From NCBI GenBank assembly GCA_012862495.1, contig BLSG01000178.1:40112-73892 (forward strand): DNA of 33,781 nt, given 5' to 3'. How positions within the stretch are numbered: position 1 is the stretch's first letter; each line of letters begins with the position of its first letter. Positions 1-10,100 of the stretch are shown here, piece by piece. Under the pieces are notes generated by a model. That model had not been told where the DNA came from. It made no database searches and was given only the letters and a program-made list of their open reading frames with translations. This stretch comes from Thraustochytrium aureum (taxonomy: Eukaryota). Position numbers and translations under genes: made by a program.

Positions 1-2823
1 GAGTTTGTGCTCCGAGGCAGCGGCGCGATTGGCGTGCTCTTGCATCTCCGTGCCCCCTCTGAGGCCGACCGCCAAGCGTGGATGGACAGGCTGGGCCGCC
101 AGCTGGAGGCCGCAAAAACTGAGGCGCCTGCGCGAGGCGGGCGCGGCGCGTCGACCACCCTGCCGCCACATGCCAACAAGCAGCAACAATGGGGCCGGGC
201 CGGCACGCGAGACGCAGAAACCTGGAACGGAGAAGCCGCAGACGGGCTGGACAAGGCGAATGCGTTGCGCGGTGCCTGACGAGCTTTGCCGGAACGGAGC
301 CTGGCATGCTTAGCTTTTCGCAGGGTGACACGATTCGTGTCCTCCGGCAGTCGCCCCACGAGCGGTGGTGGGTGGGCGAGCTGCACGGGCGAATCGGCAA
401 CTTTTTGCCAAGCCACGTTACGTTGTTGTCGCCCAATGCCCAGCAAGGGCGTGAATCTTTCTGGCCAAGCGGAGGGCGGCCCTCGTTGTCCTCCGGGTCG
501 CGTCACGCAATGGGTGCGGCGGGCTCTGGCACTGCCGCTTTGGCAGACTCCAGATCGTGGGCCTCGGCAAGCGGCGGGTCTGTCACAGAGCGGGACGACG
601 AGACGTCGTCCATGATGTCGCGCAGCCTGGCAGAGAGCTTTACCGATGTGGAGCGCCGGATCGACCACCGACGAAAGCGCGAGCGGCTCGAAGCCCTCGT
701 CGATGCCCTTGGCGTCGAGCCTATGAAGCCGCTCGAGTCCTACCCGACAGAAGCCGTGCTTGACGCGCAGAGGGAGCACTTGCGTGCATTGAATATCCGG
801 AACCACAAACTCAAAGCCGAGGTTCGCGGCCTCGAGTGGAAGCTGTACAACCAGATGGACCAAGAAGCGTTTGGCAGCTCGTTCGAGGGGCAAGGCGAGG
901 ACCTGCATGGACCCCACGCCTACCTACTCGTGAGCTACAGCAAGATGCTCGGCGTCCTGCAGAGCGACCCGTACCTGCTCGTCCAGGTAGCCGCCAACTT
1001 GCAGCTCGAGGCCCAGTGCGTGATGGCGGCTACGCTCGCAAGCGCCCTCTTCGACGAGCTCTCCGTCTCTGAGACCGCCTTTCTCGGCGTAGTTCGCGCC
1101 GCGGTCGAGATGCTGTGGGACCAGGGCCTTCCGGCGTTCGAGGTCGTGCGCAAGCAGCGACAGGCCGACGACCCTTCCGCTCTCGCTCACGGCCCGGGCG
1201 CTTCAGGCCGCCGCGGGTCGCGCAGCGGCAGGGCCGCGACTGGAAGCGGGACGGAAAGCGACGACGAGAGCGCTGCGGAGTCTCGGCAGCCGCTACTGCC
1301 GTCGCTTCTCGTCGCGTTTGTCCAGCGCAACGACTGCCGCGTTTACTTGGACAGGATCCTCGAGAGCGTCCGTTCCGACTTTGTGGAGCTGTTGCTCGCA
1401 GTCGGGGACGCTGGCGTCAAGGTACGGGAGCTCTCTATACTGCTGCTGGACACGATCGCGAGCGACGCCGGCCTCGACCTGCTCCCCCCAAGCGTGTGCC
1501 AGATTGGCGCCTTGCTGCACGAGGTGGGCGGCCGGCCCACGCTCTACCGGTTCCTGTTTGACGTCCTCTTTGTTCCTGCGCTGTTCGACCCACGATTCCT
1601 CCCCGACGAGGAACAGCTGGGAGACCCGATGCTCGCGCGGCGGGCGCGGACGCGAATGGAGCAGCTCGCCGAATTTCTCTGCGTCGACGTCGCGCAGGCA
1701 GACCTCGGCCCAGGCTCGGTCTCGGAGTTGGGCGCGTTTTCCTGCACGCCCCAAGCCCCAACAAACGCAGCAGCAGCAGCAGCCGTCGTCGGCGCTCCGC
1801 GTCCTCTCGCGCTTGACTGGCAAGCTCTCGGACCGCGTGCTCGAGGACGGGCAGCGCGGCGGGCGTGCTGCGAGCAAGCCGGCCCAGCTTTGCGACCTGG
1901 TTGTGCTCTCGTGCTTCGAATTGTACATGGTGCACCTCGCAACGGTCTCGTTCGTGCAGAGATTCCCGAACAAGGCTCTTCCCGGACCCCTGGCCGACGC
2001 GCTCGAAGAGCTTGGCGCGCCGCGCCCGCTGCCCGAGCTGACCAACAGAAATCCCTATTTGGTGCTGCGCATCCCTTCGGGCCTCAAGGGCGAGGACCAC
2101 CGCCCTCTGGGTCTCGACCAGGACCTTTTGAACGTGCTGATTCGCGCGCGGACCAAGATTGACTCGCTTCACGAAGCATGGAACCCGGCGCGGGACGGCC
2201 CGCTCCTCGACCGCATTGAGCGGGACTTTGACAGGGCGAGTCTGTCAATGAACGAACAGCGCCGGCTGCAGGTGGGCCTGGAGCTGGCGCAGCGCTACTA
2301 CGGCGACATGGCACTCCGTAAAGACCGCTTGTTGACAAAGCTGCAAGTGGTTGCATCCTCGCCCCGGCGGATGATGTCGCCGCAGCGCCCAGTTGACGCT
2401 TCTGGCAGCGGGGCGGGCTTGCTCGACGCTGGTTTCGTCGCAGGGGTGGGGGCGCCGCGGCAGTCTGTCTCGAGCGAACGGCGCGTGTCAGGCCAGGGCT
2501 TTGGGCTCGGTGGAGGTGGCCACGAGCGCGTGCATTCGTTCGACATGTCTGAGCCGCAGCGGCTCTCCCTGGACATGCCCAACTTGACGGCCTCTCCACT
2601 TGTGCCGGGCGATGGCGAAGCGGGCCAGCGCGGCCGCAAGGGTCTCGTGGCTGCGCATCGCGCGATGATCGGCGGATTTAGAGACGATAGCGATCGCGAG
2701 GAGGGCGGCGCTGGGAGAGCCGCGGCGGGCGACGGTGACGATTCCAACCCGCTGGCCACGCTGCTGGCGACAGTGTTCAGCCCGCTCAAGCTCCACCCCG
2801 GCGAGGGTGCGGGGCTTTCGTAG
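1..2823 (+). CDS. PH + SH3 + degenerate RasGAP (Gap1/IQGAP-type GRD) scaffold protein; 5' partial, at least 2 apparent frameshifts
   Basis: The frame from base 1 reads EFVLRGSGAIGVLLHLRAPSEADRQAWMDRL (PH C-terminal strand and helix). ORF 189-2162 has an SH3 domain (CVARCLTSFAGTEPGMLSFSQGDTIRVL...RWWVGELHGRIGNFLPSHV), then Gap1-like blocks RNHKLKAEVRGLE, YSKMLGVLQSDP, FVQRNDCRVYLDRIL, LLPPSVCQI, FLFDVLFVPALFDP. After a shift near 1730 it continues in ORF 1318-2823 (LSCFELYMVH...LEELGAP) to TAG at 2821-2823. Confidence 0.75.
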
Positions 2824-3175
2824 AGATATGGCGCTGCTCGCTCTGTCGTCGCGAAGGCAGCGGGCCTCGTTCGCGGCTGTAGAGCGCGGTGGGAAGGTCA
2901 GCTGGGTTTGGCGCAGCGAGCGCAACGTTCTTCAAATGTTAGAGGAGTGAGTACCTTTGTCGTTGAGTTGTTGATTGTTGTCGTGAAGGTGTGGCTCACC
3001 CGTGGCGCGCCGAGTGCGCGGGGGCTTCAGTGGCCCATTTGTTGCTTCAGCAAGAGCCATGTACTAGTAATGTGTCTTTCATTTCCGACGTTCTGGTCAG
3101 AACAGCAATGCAGGAAAAGGTCCTCGCGACGGGCGCCCGCTCGCCCGAAGCATCAAAAGCCCACGCCGAGCAATC

Positions 3176-4573
3176 TCAATAAGATTGCGCCTCCTCGTCA
3201 GTGTTGGAAGCAGTGCTCTCGTTTGGCGAGTCGGGCATCCCCAGTTCAGCATGCAGCGTGGCAAAGGTACCCAAGAGTTCGGCCGAGTCCAGCAGCGCGA
3301 GGTCCTCTGGCCAATCGTACACTACCGCATGGCTGTGCTGATGGGGAATATAGACACCCGCGTACGAGCCGTGCCCGTATGCATGCGCGGCGCCATGCAG
3401 ACCCTGCACCTCGTTGCCCGAGCAAGCTGTTCGTATGGGGACGGTGCCGCTGCGCGGTAAAACTGGTCTGGCCGGTGTGCGAGCGGCGGCAAGACCGGCG
3501 CCAAGTTTGCAGCTGGCGCGTTGAAGGACAGCGGCGTGCCGTCGGTGTGGCGAAAGTTGGAGAAGCACACAATGTGGTGGTGCTCGGTGTGACCAACCAG
3601 CACGGAGACGTCCAGCTGGTCCATTTCTGCCATAAACTTGTTCCCTTGGCGGTCGCGGATGATGATGTCTTGGAGCTTGCCGCGGTGCGAGTAGAACTCG
3701 TCCTGGCCCTTGGCGTTCTTCACAGTCTCCGACATGAGAAAGTTGCGCAGGCAGCTCGTTGTAAACTTGATCTTGTCTTCTGGGGCGTCGAGCAGGTCGA
3801 CCCAAAACTTGAAGTGGCCGGCGGGCTCGCGGCGCATTTCGTCTGCGGACCGAAACATGCTGGAAAAGTTGCGCCCGACAAACGAGGTTCGATCCCCGTC
3901 GACGATGTGCACGCGGTACGCGCAGGCGAACGGTGCGCTCGGGTTGCTGGTGTCTGAGCTGAACAGCTGCATCGCCTCGTCCAGTTTCTCCCTGCATGCA
4001 GCCGAGAGGTTGAGGGGGGCGACGGGCTGCGTCTCTGCGAAAGCGGCGGTCATGTCCTCGAGGCCGACGGAGACGGCAAGCGTCGACGCGGCGTGGAGGA
4101 GCTTCATGGATTTTTCCTTGGCCGCCATGCGCACCATGAGACGCGTGTACCAGAACAGGCTGCGCGGCGGCTTGGACAGGTTGAGCTCCCTGCAGAGGCT
4201 GGCAAGGGCTGGCGGCGGCTTGGATTGCTGGAGCGAGTCGGCCTGAGGAAAGAACGCTTGGCAGGTGGTCCAGCGCTTGGCGTTTCGTGAGCTCGTCCTT
4301 GTACAGCTTGCCCTTCTTCTGCACGCTCGCCATGTCGAGCGTGCGCGACACCGCCGACCTGGGACGCCCGCGCTTCTTCGTGGTCCTGGGCACACAAATC
4401 AGCCCCATCTTGATACATCTACTGCACGCCGTCAGCTCCTGCGCCGGGCTCCCATTCTCGTTCCCGCTCGCGTCGCTCGCGGCGCCGTCGCGTTCCTCCT
4501 CCTTGCGTTCGCCGGGGGCCGGCTCCTTCAAGTTGCACTTGGCGTGCGAAGAGTAGCAGGCCTCGCAGCTCAT
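3176..4573 (-). CDS. Zn(II)2Cys6 binuclear-cluster transcription factor with AT-hook and putative PAS-like C-terminal domain; frameshifted
   Basis: ATG at 4573 gives MSCEACYSSHAKC-x36-CSRCIKMGLIC followed by KKRGRPR. Removing one base near 4260 joins it to ORF 3322-4395 (DHLQAFFPQADSL...). The true end is either 3322 or, after a further shift, 3176. Confidence 0.75.
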   Translation of the reverse strand: MSCEACYSSHAKCNLKEPAPGERKEEERDGAASDASGNENGSPAQELTACSRCIKMGLICVPRTTKKRGRPRSAVSRTLDMASVQKKGKLYKDELTKRQALDHLPSVLSSGRLAPAIQAAASPCQPLQGAQPVQAAAQPVLVHASHGAHGGQGKIHEAPPRRVDACRLRRPRGHDRRFRRDAARRPPQPLGCMQGETGRGDAAVQLRHQQPERTVRLRVPRAHRRRGSNLVCRAQLFQHVSVRRRNAPRARRPLQVLGRPARRPRRQDQVYNELPAQLSHVGDCEERQGPGRVLLAPRQAPRHHHPRPPREQVYGRNGPAGRLRAGWSHRAPPHCVLLQLSPHRRHAAVLQRASCKLGAGLAAARTPARPVLPRSGTVPIRTACSGNEVQGLHGAAHAYGHGSYAGVYIPHQHSHAVVYDWPEDLALLDSAELLGTFATLHAELGMPDSPNESTASNTDEEAQSY

Positions 4574-4627
4574 CCTCCGAAGCCAGGGCCGGGGGCGCCA
4601 GAACAAAGGCCACGACGGCCTCGCTCG

Positions 4628-4674
4628 ACCAATCAACCAATCAACCAATCAACCAATCAATCAATCAATCAATC
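4628..4674. repeat. (ACCAATCA)n/(ATCA)n microsatellite just upstream of the Zn2Cys6 gene
   Basis: The sequence accaatcaaccaatcaaccaatcaaccaatcaatcaatcaatcaatca is read directly; it contains four CCAAT pentamers. Confidence 0.9.
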
Positions 4675-5537
4675 ACTTGCGCGCGAGTCGCTCGAGCAGC
4701 GGCACGGCTCTCCCGTCGATTGCGATGCGCGCTGGTCGGCGTTCGGTGTCTGCTGTCTCTCGTACGAGGAGCCACCTCCGCCTGCTTCAACTCGGTATCT
4801 GCGCGCCGATCCGCGCGCCAATTCATGCAGGCCTTTGTATGCGCCGGCTGCGGGTTTCGTGGGTGTGAGCTCTGGACTAATGAAGCGGGCCGGCGCGGCT
4901 TGATTAGGGGCAAGCATGGGGATTAGTTGGCGGATTCCCGGCCAAGTGGTGGCTGATTGAGGGGCGGTGGGGGAGAGTGAGGTCGGCGTCGCGGGAGAGA
5001 ATGTGCCGGTACGTTTCGCCCATCATCGTTCAGTGGACAACTTGCCTGATGGTCGACTGGTGTGCACAAGGGTGGACAGCGCGCCGCGTGCCGCGCTGCT
5101 GTCCAATGACATCGATGGTCGGGGCCGGGGTTCAGCGACGGCCGTGAGGTCGGCGTGAAGTTGGAGCGGAATTTGAAGGCTGCCTTGCTGATGTTGATGC
5201 GCTTGCAAGGCGGCCTCGGGGAAAGCCTCTCGGTGGCCCGAGCCATGCGAGGCGCCGCCCGTTCAATCAAAGTCAACTGCAGGTTGCCATGCACGCCGCG
5301 CGGCCAACTGCGCTGTACTCAAGCTCTCTAGCTAGCAGAGAGATGCAGGGCGTCGACTATGGACGGAGCGCGTCGCATAGTCAGGGGCTGCAGTGCGCTT
5401 AGTCAGGGGCAGCAGAGCGATGTCCTGCCAGGCAATCATCAACAGCAACTCGCGGCGATCACGCCTGGAAGGCGAAGAAGACAAAAAAACATCGCAAGAA
5501 ACGAGGCCAAGCGAATTTCGAAGCTGGCCGGCGCGCC

Positions 5538-6413
5538 TCAGAGCTTGGCGCCCGCCGGCATGATCTTGGCGCCGAGCCAATGTAGGATGATCTGCGAGAC
5601 CTCGGCGGCCTGCTCGCGCTGCACCCAGTGGCCGCACCGGACGTGCGCGCGCGACAGGTCCTCAAAGCAGGCCTCCATGCCCCGCGAAGACTCGGGCGAG
5701 AGCACGACATCAAACTCGGCGGTGACCATCAAACAGGGCACTCTGGCCTTTTTGTCGATCCCAGGGCGGCATCGCTCTTCGAGATCCCACGCGATGTTGG
5801 CGTCGATGTTGCGGTACCACGAGAGTGGGCCGAAAAACCCTTTGCGCTCAAACGCCGAAATGTAGGCCTGCATCTCCTCTTCGCTCCAGAGCGGGTCCCG
5901 CGGGATGTCGCGCGGGGCGTAGAAGAGCACGCCGCGGTTTCCGTCCTTGCGGGATTTGGCAGTGCGCATGCCGATTTTCATGTTGGCATGGTGCTCCTCG
6001 CGCGATCGGGTCGGCAGCTGAGAGCGGAAAAACGCAAGGATTGTTCGCCGCACGTCCTTTTCGAGCTCCCGCTCGGGGACCTCTGGCAAGTTGAAATAGA
6101 CCTGGTAGTCGAGCTCCCCGCACTGGTCCGAGTCCATCCCCGCCAGGAGCTCCATTGGTCCCTTGCAGCCCGCGGCCTCCCAGCGGGGTCGGAGCCGCTC
6201 CCACGAGGAGATTGGCGTGTTGAGGCTCGCTGTGCCCAAGCACCTGTGCTCGTGGTGAAAGGTGAAGGCCCAGACCACGAAGCCTCCCCAGTCGTGCCCG
6301 ACGAGGACGGCGCGGGGCACGCCAAGGTGGTCGAGCAGCGCGCAAAGGTCCCCCGTGAGGTGTTTCAAGTGGTAGGCCTGCACGTCCCGCGGCGCGTCGG
6401 TCCCGCCGTACCC
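5538..6413 (-). CDS. Soluble epoxide hydrolase (alpha/beta hydrolase, EPHX2-like hydrolase domain) with C-terminal PTS1 (-AKL); 5' end lies in a gap
   Basis: GYGGTDAP at the gap edge; nucleophile motif LVGHDWGG; candidate oxirane-binding tyrosines LDYQVYF and SWYRN; catalytic His in CGHWVQRE; ends GAKL then TGA at 5538-5540. Confidence 0.9.
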   Translation of the reverse strand, partial: GYGGTDAPRDVQAYHLKHLTGDLCALLDHLGVPRAVLVGHDWGGFVVWAFTFHHEHRCLGTASLNTPISSWERLRPRWEAAGCKGPMELLAGMDSDQCGELDYQVYFNLPEVPERELEKDVRRTILAFFRSQLPTRSREEHHANMKIGMRTAKSRKDGNRGVLFYAPRDIPRDPLWSEEEMQAYISAFERKGFFGPLSWYRNIDANIAWDLEERCRPGIDKKARVPCLMVTAEFDVVLSPESSRGMEACFEDLSRAHVRCGHWVQREQAAEVSQIILHWLGAKIMPAGAKL

Positions 6414-7126
6414 NNNNNNNNNNNNNNNNNNNNNNNNNNNNNNNNNNNNNNNNNNNNNNNNNNNNNNNNNNNNNNNNNNNNNNNNNNNNNNNNNNNNNNN
6501 NNNNNNNNNNNNNNNNNNNNNNNNNNNNNNNNNNNNNNNNNNNNNNNNNNNNNNNNNNNNNNNNNNNNNNNNNNNNNNNNNNNNNNNNNNNNNNNNNNNN
6601 NNNNNNNNNNNNNNNNNNNNNNNNNNNNNNNNNNNNNNNNNNNNNNNNNNNNNNNNNNNNNNNNNNNNNNNNNNNNNNNNNNNNNNNNNNNNNNNNNNNN
6701 NNNNNNNNNNNNNNNNNNNNNNNNNNNNNNNNNNNNNNNNNNNNNNNNNNNNNNNNNNNNNNNNNNNNNNNNNNNNNNNNNNNNNNNNNNNNNNNNNNNN
6801 NNNNNNNNNNNNNNNNNNNNNNNNNNNNNNNNNNNNNNNNNNNNNNNNNNNNNNNNNNNNNNNNNNNNNNNNNNNNNNNNNNNNNNNNNNNNNNNNNNNN
6901 NNNNNNNNNNNNNNNNNNNNNNNNNNNNNNNNNNNNNNNNNNNNNNNNNNNNNNNNNNNNNNNNNNNNNNNNNNNNNNNNNNNNNNNNNNNNNNNNNNNN
7001 NNNNNNNNNNNNNNNNNNNNNNNNNNNNNNNNNNNNNNNNNNNNNNNNNNNNNNNNNNNNNNNNNNNNNNNNNNNNNNNNNNNNNNNNNNNNNNNNNNNN
7101 NNNNNNNNNNNNNNNNNNNNNNNNNN

Positions 7127-10100
7127 CCGAATGGAGCGAGCTGGAGCAACCTGGCCTTTGGGTTTGGGGATAACGGGCTGCAGGGCAACGACCTGCACAA
7201 CGGGACGCGCTTCGTCGTGGTGGACCTTGGAGCGGATGAGGAAACCGTGCGCGACCTCGGCCTGCGCGGCCACGTCGTGGTGTGCGTGTTCTCAGCGGGC
7301 AGAGTCGAGCCGCGCGACGGCATCGATTTTGCCGACCTCAGCGACTGGGCGCACCTGGTCAAAGGCGGGGAGCCGCAGGTGGGCGCCTTCGTGGACGTGC
7401 GGCAGACAGAAGATGTCGAGGCAGCCGTTTCGACTCGCATGCTCAAGGCCCAGGCCATTGGATGCCAAGGCGTCATCCCGCGCGACGTCGAGTGCCAGAA
7501 CGACAAAGCCTGCTGGCAGGTGCTGAACCGCAAGAGCCGAGCCTCCGTGGCTGAGGCGCAACTAGAGCTCAACCTGTGGATGGCGCGCGAGGCGCACGCC
7601 CGCGGCATGGCCATCGGCCTGTTCGGAGCCGCAGACCTCGCCCAAGTGCTGGAGCCGTCGTTCGACTTTTGCCGTGGCGGTCCAATGCATCCAAAACAAG
7701 ACTGCGAAGCGTTTGGGCCGTTTGTCGCGAACGGCAAAGCTGTGCTCAACGTGGAGTTCTCAGGGGGCGCGAGTAGGTGCAACAGCGCCTCGGCTTCCAC
7801 CGTGAGCACCATCGTCTGCCAAGGCGACGTGAATGCGCTGAGGTGCGACCCAGAGGCGTCTTGGATTCGCTGCTTTGGCGAGTCGACGGTGGCCGCGGCG
7901 CCGATTCCCGCACCGATACCTACGCTGTTGCCCACTGGGCGGCCGACGCGGTCCCCGCTGTTGACCCCGCCCCCGCCGTTGCAACTGGTGGTGGCGCGGT
8001 CCTCCAAGTCTGCGCTGGGATACCACGGCTCGACGAGGCAAGTTGTTCTGCTGGATGTCTGGGGCCCTGTTCAGACCCTTGGCGCAGCAGAGCCGGAGTT
8101 TCGGAGCCGGAAGGTGCTCAACGGCCGCGGAACGCTGCGCTGGATGGCGCTCCCCGCCACCAACGAGATCGCCTTCGAGTTGACTTACCCAGGCAAGTCC
8201 GGCTGGCTCAGCTTGGGCCTGAGCCAAACAGGTTCGATGAAGGGATCCAAGGCGGTCATCGGCCTCGACCCTCGGTCCAACCCGGGCCTGGACGCCGTCT
8301 CCGAGTATGAATTGAACGATAGGAACATTGCCGGGATCTCGCTGAGCACGGGCATGCCTGGGCTGCGGGACGCGTCGTTCAAAATGACCAACCGCCAGAT
8401 CACGCTCGCGTTCACTGCCAAATCAATATCGGGCCTCGCCGTGCGCGCAACTTCAGACACCAGTGGCGGAGATGACACGGCATCGCCGTCTGCAGCTCCG
8501 ACAAGTGCCCCTGCCGGCGGCCCAGTCGCAGCAGCCGACTGCAACCCCTACTGCGGCGCCGAATGCAGTCCCCACTGCGTCACCGACTCAAGCACCCTCA
8601 CTAGATCTCGCGCTACTCAGTGCTATTCCCATGGCGGTTGCGATGGGCGAGGTTGTGGGTGGCAAGGTCGGCTATCACGACTTTGCAGAGGTGTTTGAGC
8701 TGGATGTGCGTAGCGGGAGCGGCGAGGTCAAGTTTCACAATGACACATTGACCGTCGCCTTCGAGGTGCTCCCCGGCTCGGCGGAGGTCGCCTTTCGCGC
8801 AGCTTTCCAGGGCTCAGTGGGCTACCTTGCCCTCGGCGTGTCGCCGCGATTGGGGATGGTCGGAACACGGGCCGTCATTGGGGGCCTCGGACAAGACGGT
8901 AATGGTGTCGTCGACCAGTTTGACCTTCTCAGCAAGTCCGCGTCTGGCGTGCGCGCAAGCTCGCGTCCCAGTGCGTTGGGCATGGCAGAGTTCGCGCGAT
9001 CGGCCACCCTGACGGCGCTGCAGTTTACGGCTTTCGCGATTGGCGGCGAGGCATTGCTGCAGCAAAGTAGGTCTGCGGCGCCGTCAAGCGAGCCGACTTT
9101 TGGCCCGTCGCGGTCGCCCACCCGCGCGCCGAGCGTTGCGCCGACTGATGCGCCGAGCGTTGCGCCGACTGATGCGCCATCGCGGCCGCCGTCTCTTGCG
9201 CCGTCTGCATCGCCCTCGCTGACGCCGACGAGCAGCCCGTCCGCCGCGCCGACGCTGGCACCGACGACCCCGCAACCAACACCGCCGACGCCCGCCCCGT
9301 CGCGCAGCCCGAGTGGCGCACCAACGCGCGCACCTGTGGCCAAGCAGCCGACGTTGCCGCTCATCGTAGCGCGAGGACAAAGCCTGGAGCTCGGAGGGCA
9401 CGGCAGCGCGCGCGGTTTTGTGGAGGTAGACCTGGAGGCGGAGCCGTCCGGGTCGCGCACAGTGCTCGGCGGTGTAGTCGTGCTCGGTTGGCAGCTACTT
9501 GAAGAGACGGGCGAGGTGAGATTTGATCTGGAGACCGACGCCGGGTCCGGGTGGCTTGGGCTCGGCGTGAGCCCAAGCGGGCGCATGATCGGCGGAAAGG
9601 TGGTTCTCGGCATAGAGAACGACTTCAACCTAGGCTTCGCGCGCATTGCCGAGTACGCGCTGCGGGGCAAGTCGCGCAATTGGGTCAAAGACGCCAAGGG
9701 GCGCAGCACGTTGCGCGACGCCTCGTTCGTGAGGTTTTCCAACAAGATGCGGCTTTCCTTCACCACATCCCACATCATGGGCGAGCGGCTTGCGCTCCCT
9801 GGCACAGTGCAAGCGCCTAGCCCCCCAGCTGTTCCCTCTGGCGCCCCAACGGCATTCCCGACGGCCGCGTGGGGGGGGGGAGCCCGGAGGGCCGCCCCCC
9901 AAGGCCCAGCTGCCGAGCGGGCTCGTGACTTGGGCCAACCTAGGGGTGGGGCTTTCCCTCGAGCCAGCGCGACAACACAGACGGCGCGCAGCTGGTCTTG
10001 CTCGATATCGACAGTGAGCGCGCTGAGGAGCGCGTCCGCGAGCTNNNNNNNNNNNNNNNNNNNNNNNNNNNNNNNNNNNNNNNNNNNNNNNNNNNNNNNN

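Noticed and set aside
3886..3898. GGTTCGATCCCC resembling a tRNA T-loop / B-box
   Set aside because: The flanking bases do not form a T-stem or cloverleaf, and it lies antisense within the Zn2Cys6 CDS.
5628..7526. ORFs that span N-gaps (e.g. 5628-7526, 5848-8007, 18191-19279, 25034-26554 as a TTL fusion)
   Set aside because: They are artefacts of translating through Ns; the frame across gaps is undefined and the flanks belong to different genes.
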